This document shows positions 63,421-64,000 of a stretch of DNA of 64,000 nucleotides, piece after piece. The position numbers and the translations under genes were made by a program. A model generated the notes under the pieces. The model was not told the origin of the DNA, made no database searches, and saw only the letters and a list, made by a program, of their open reading frames with translations. This DNA comes from Candidatus Nanopelagicales bacterium (GTDB lineage Bacteria > Actinomycetota > Actinomycetes > S36-B12): positions 7,815 through 71,814 of the forward strand of contig SHUQ01000001.1 of the NCBI GenBank assembly GCA_009694585.1. The letters run 5' to 3'. Each line of letters starts with the position of its first letter. The stretch's first letter is position 1.

Positions 63421-63421
63421 G

Positions 63422-63817
63422 GGCGTTGATCTGGGCCTGCAAAAGGACGGCGTTGAGGCCCGCCTGCAGGCGCTGCTGGCCACCCATGTGGGGGTGCTGG
63501 GCGCCGATTGGACACTCATCCGCCGGGAGTACCCCACCGCCATTGGGCCGGTTGATCTGCTCTGCAGGGATGGCGCTGGGGCCACGGTGGCCGTCGAAAT
63601 TAAGCGGCGCGGTGAAATCGACGGGGTCGAGCAATTAACCCGGTATTTGGCCTTGTTAAACCGAGATCCGCTGCTCGCGCCGGTGCAGGGGGTATTTGCG
63701 GCGCAGGAGATCAAACCACAGGCGCGCACCTTGGCGCAGGATCGAGGGATCAGGTGCGTGGTATTGGATTACGACTACCTGTTGGGCACCGCCGATCCAA
63801 GTCTTCGACTGTTTTGA
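63422..63817 (+). pseudogene. nucS: nucS (EndoMS) 3' fragment: linker plus RecB-like nuclease domain
   Basis: [82 protein letters not shown]...[29 protein letters not shown] closely matches the C-terminal half of mycobacterial NucS as I recall it. Confidence 0.85.
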
Positions 63818-63837
63818 CCAACTGACAGAATCCACCT

Positions 63838-64000
63838 ATGAGCGAAGCCCCCATGAGCAATTCTTCAACCACAGCCATTCCTGTTGCCATCACCCGAGTT
63901 GGTGTTATTGGTTTAGGCACCATGGGGGCTGGTATAGCCGAGGTTGTGGCCCGCAGTGGGGTACGGGTTTGGGCGGTCGAAACAACCGAAGCCGACCTCG
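63838..64000 (+). CDS. 3-hydroxyacyl-CoA dehydrogenase (N-terminal part, runs off the window end)
   Basis: MSEAPMSNSSTTAIPVAITRVGVIGLGTMGAGIAEVVARSG is the NAD-binding GxGxxG N-terminus typical of Hbd/FadB-type enzymes. Confidence 0.75.
   Translation, partial: MSEAPMSNSSTTAIPVAITRVGVIGLGTMGAGIAEVVARSGVRVWAVETTEADL

Larger units (their letters stand above)
53005..63421. other. ~10.4-kb accessory insertion replacing the middle of nucS (no mobility genes seen)
   Basis: Bounded by the two nucS fragments. Both edges cut through cargo sequences (a permease 5' copy on the left, an HTH gene on the right). Third-position GC looks higher than in the flanks by eye; not computed. Confidence 0.7.

Noticed and set aside
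53005-63421. Calling the insertion an IS, transposon, ICE or prophage
   Set aside because: I found no transposase, integrase, relaxase or phage genes and no target-site duplication. The only inverted repeat is internal (53008 / 58603) rather than terminal, and both edges cut cargo genes.
63297-63638. 113-aa ORF as an intact regulator
   Set aside because: Only the first ~41 residues form an HTH. The remainder is nucS DNA read in the wrong frame.

Overview
The window looks like an actinobacterial chromosome segment. The call rests on mycobacteria-like synteny: argS-lysA-hom-thrC-thrB-rho-rpmE-prfA-prmC-tsaC-glyA-wecA, the atpBEF(FH)AGDC operon, then a PduO-type adenosyltransferase and murA. 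Taxon and GC statements are by eye only. Most of the window is housekeeping. It also carries a translationally coupled olefin cluster (oleA, fused oleBC, oleD), sbcDC, a tgt/yhhQ pair, one tRNA-Arg(CCG), and several gene relics (thioesterase-like, SDR, MIP channel). The stand-out region is about 53.0-63.4 kb. There the mismatch endonuclease gene nucS (EndoMS) is split. Its first 29 codons sit at 52918-53004 and its last ~131 codons at 63422-63817. About 10.4 kb of accessory DNA replaces the middle of the gene. I saw no transposase, integrase or target duplication in this DNA. The insertion carries an AmiC/UrtA-type amide-binding ABC importer operon ending in a 67-aa AtzG/GatC-like ORF and an AtzE-like amidase. 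It also carries a divergent MarR, PaaK-like ligase and atypical thiolase unit, a decayed PDR-type reductase, and a truncated HTH gene. A perfect 144-bp inverted repeat brackets 5.3 kb of it. The repeat consists of the ribosome-binding site plus the first 79 nt of the permease gene. This geometry would allow inversion while preserving the permease ORF. All calls come from reading the sequence and ORF track and from recalled family motifs. No searches or computations were run.
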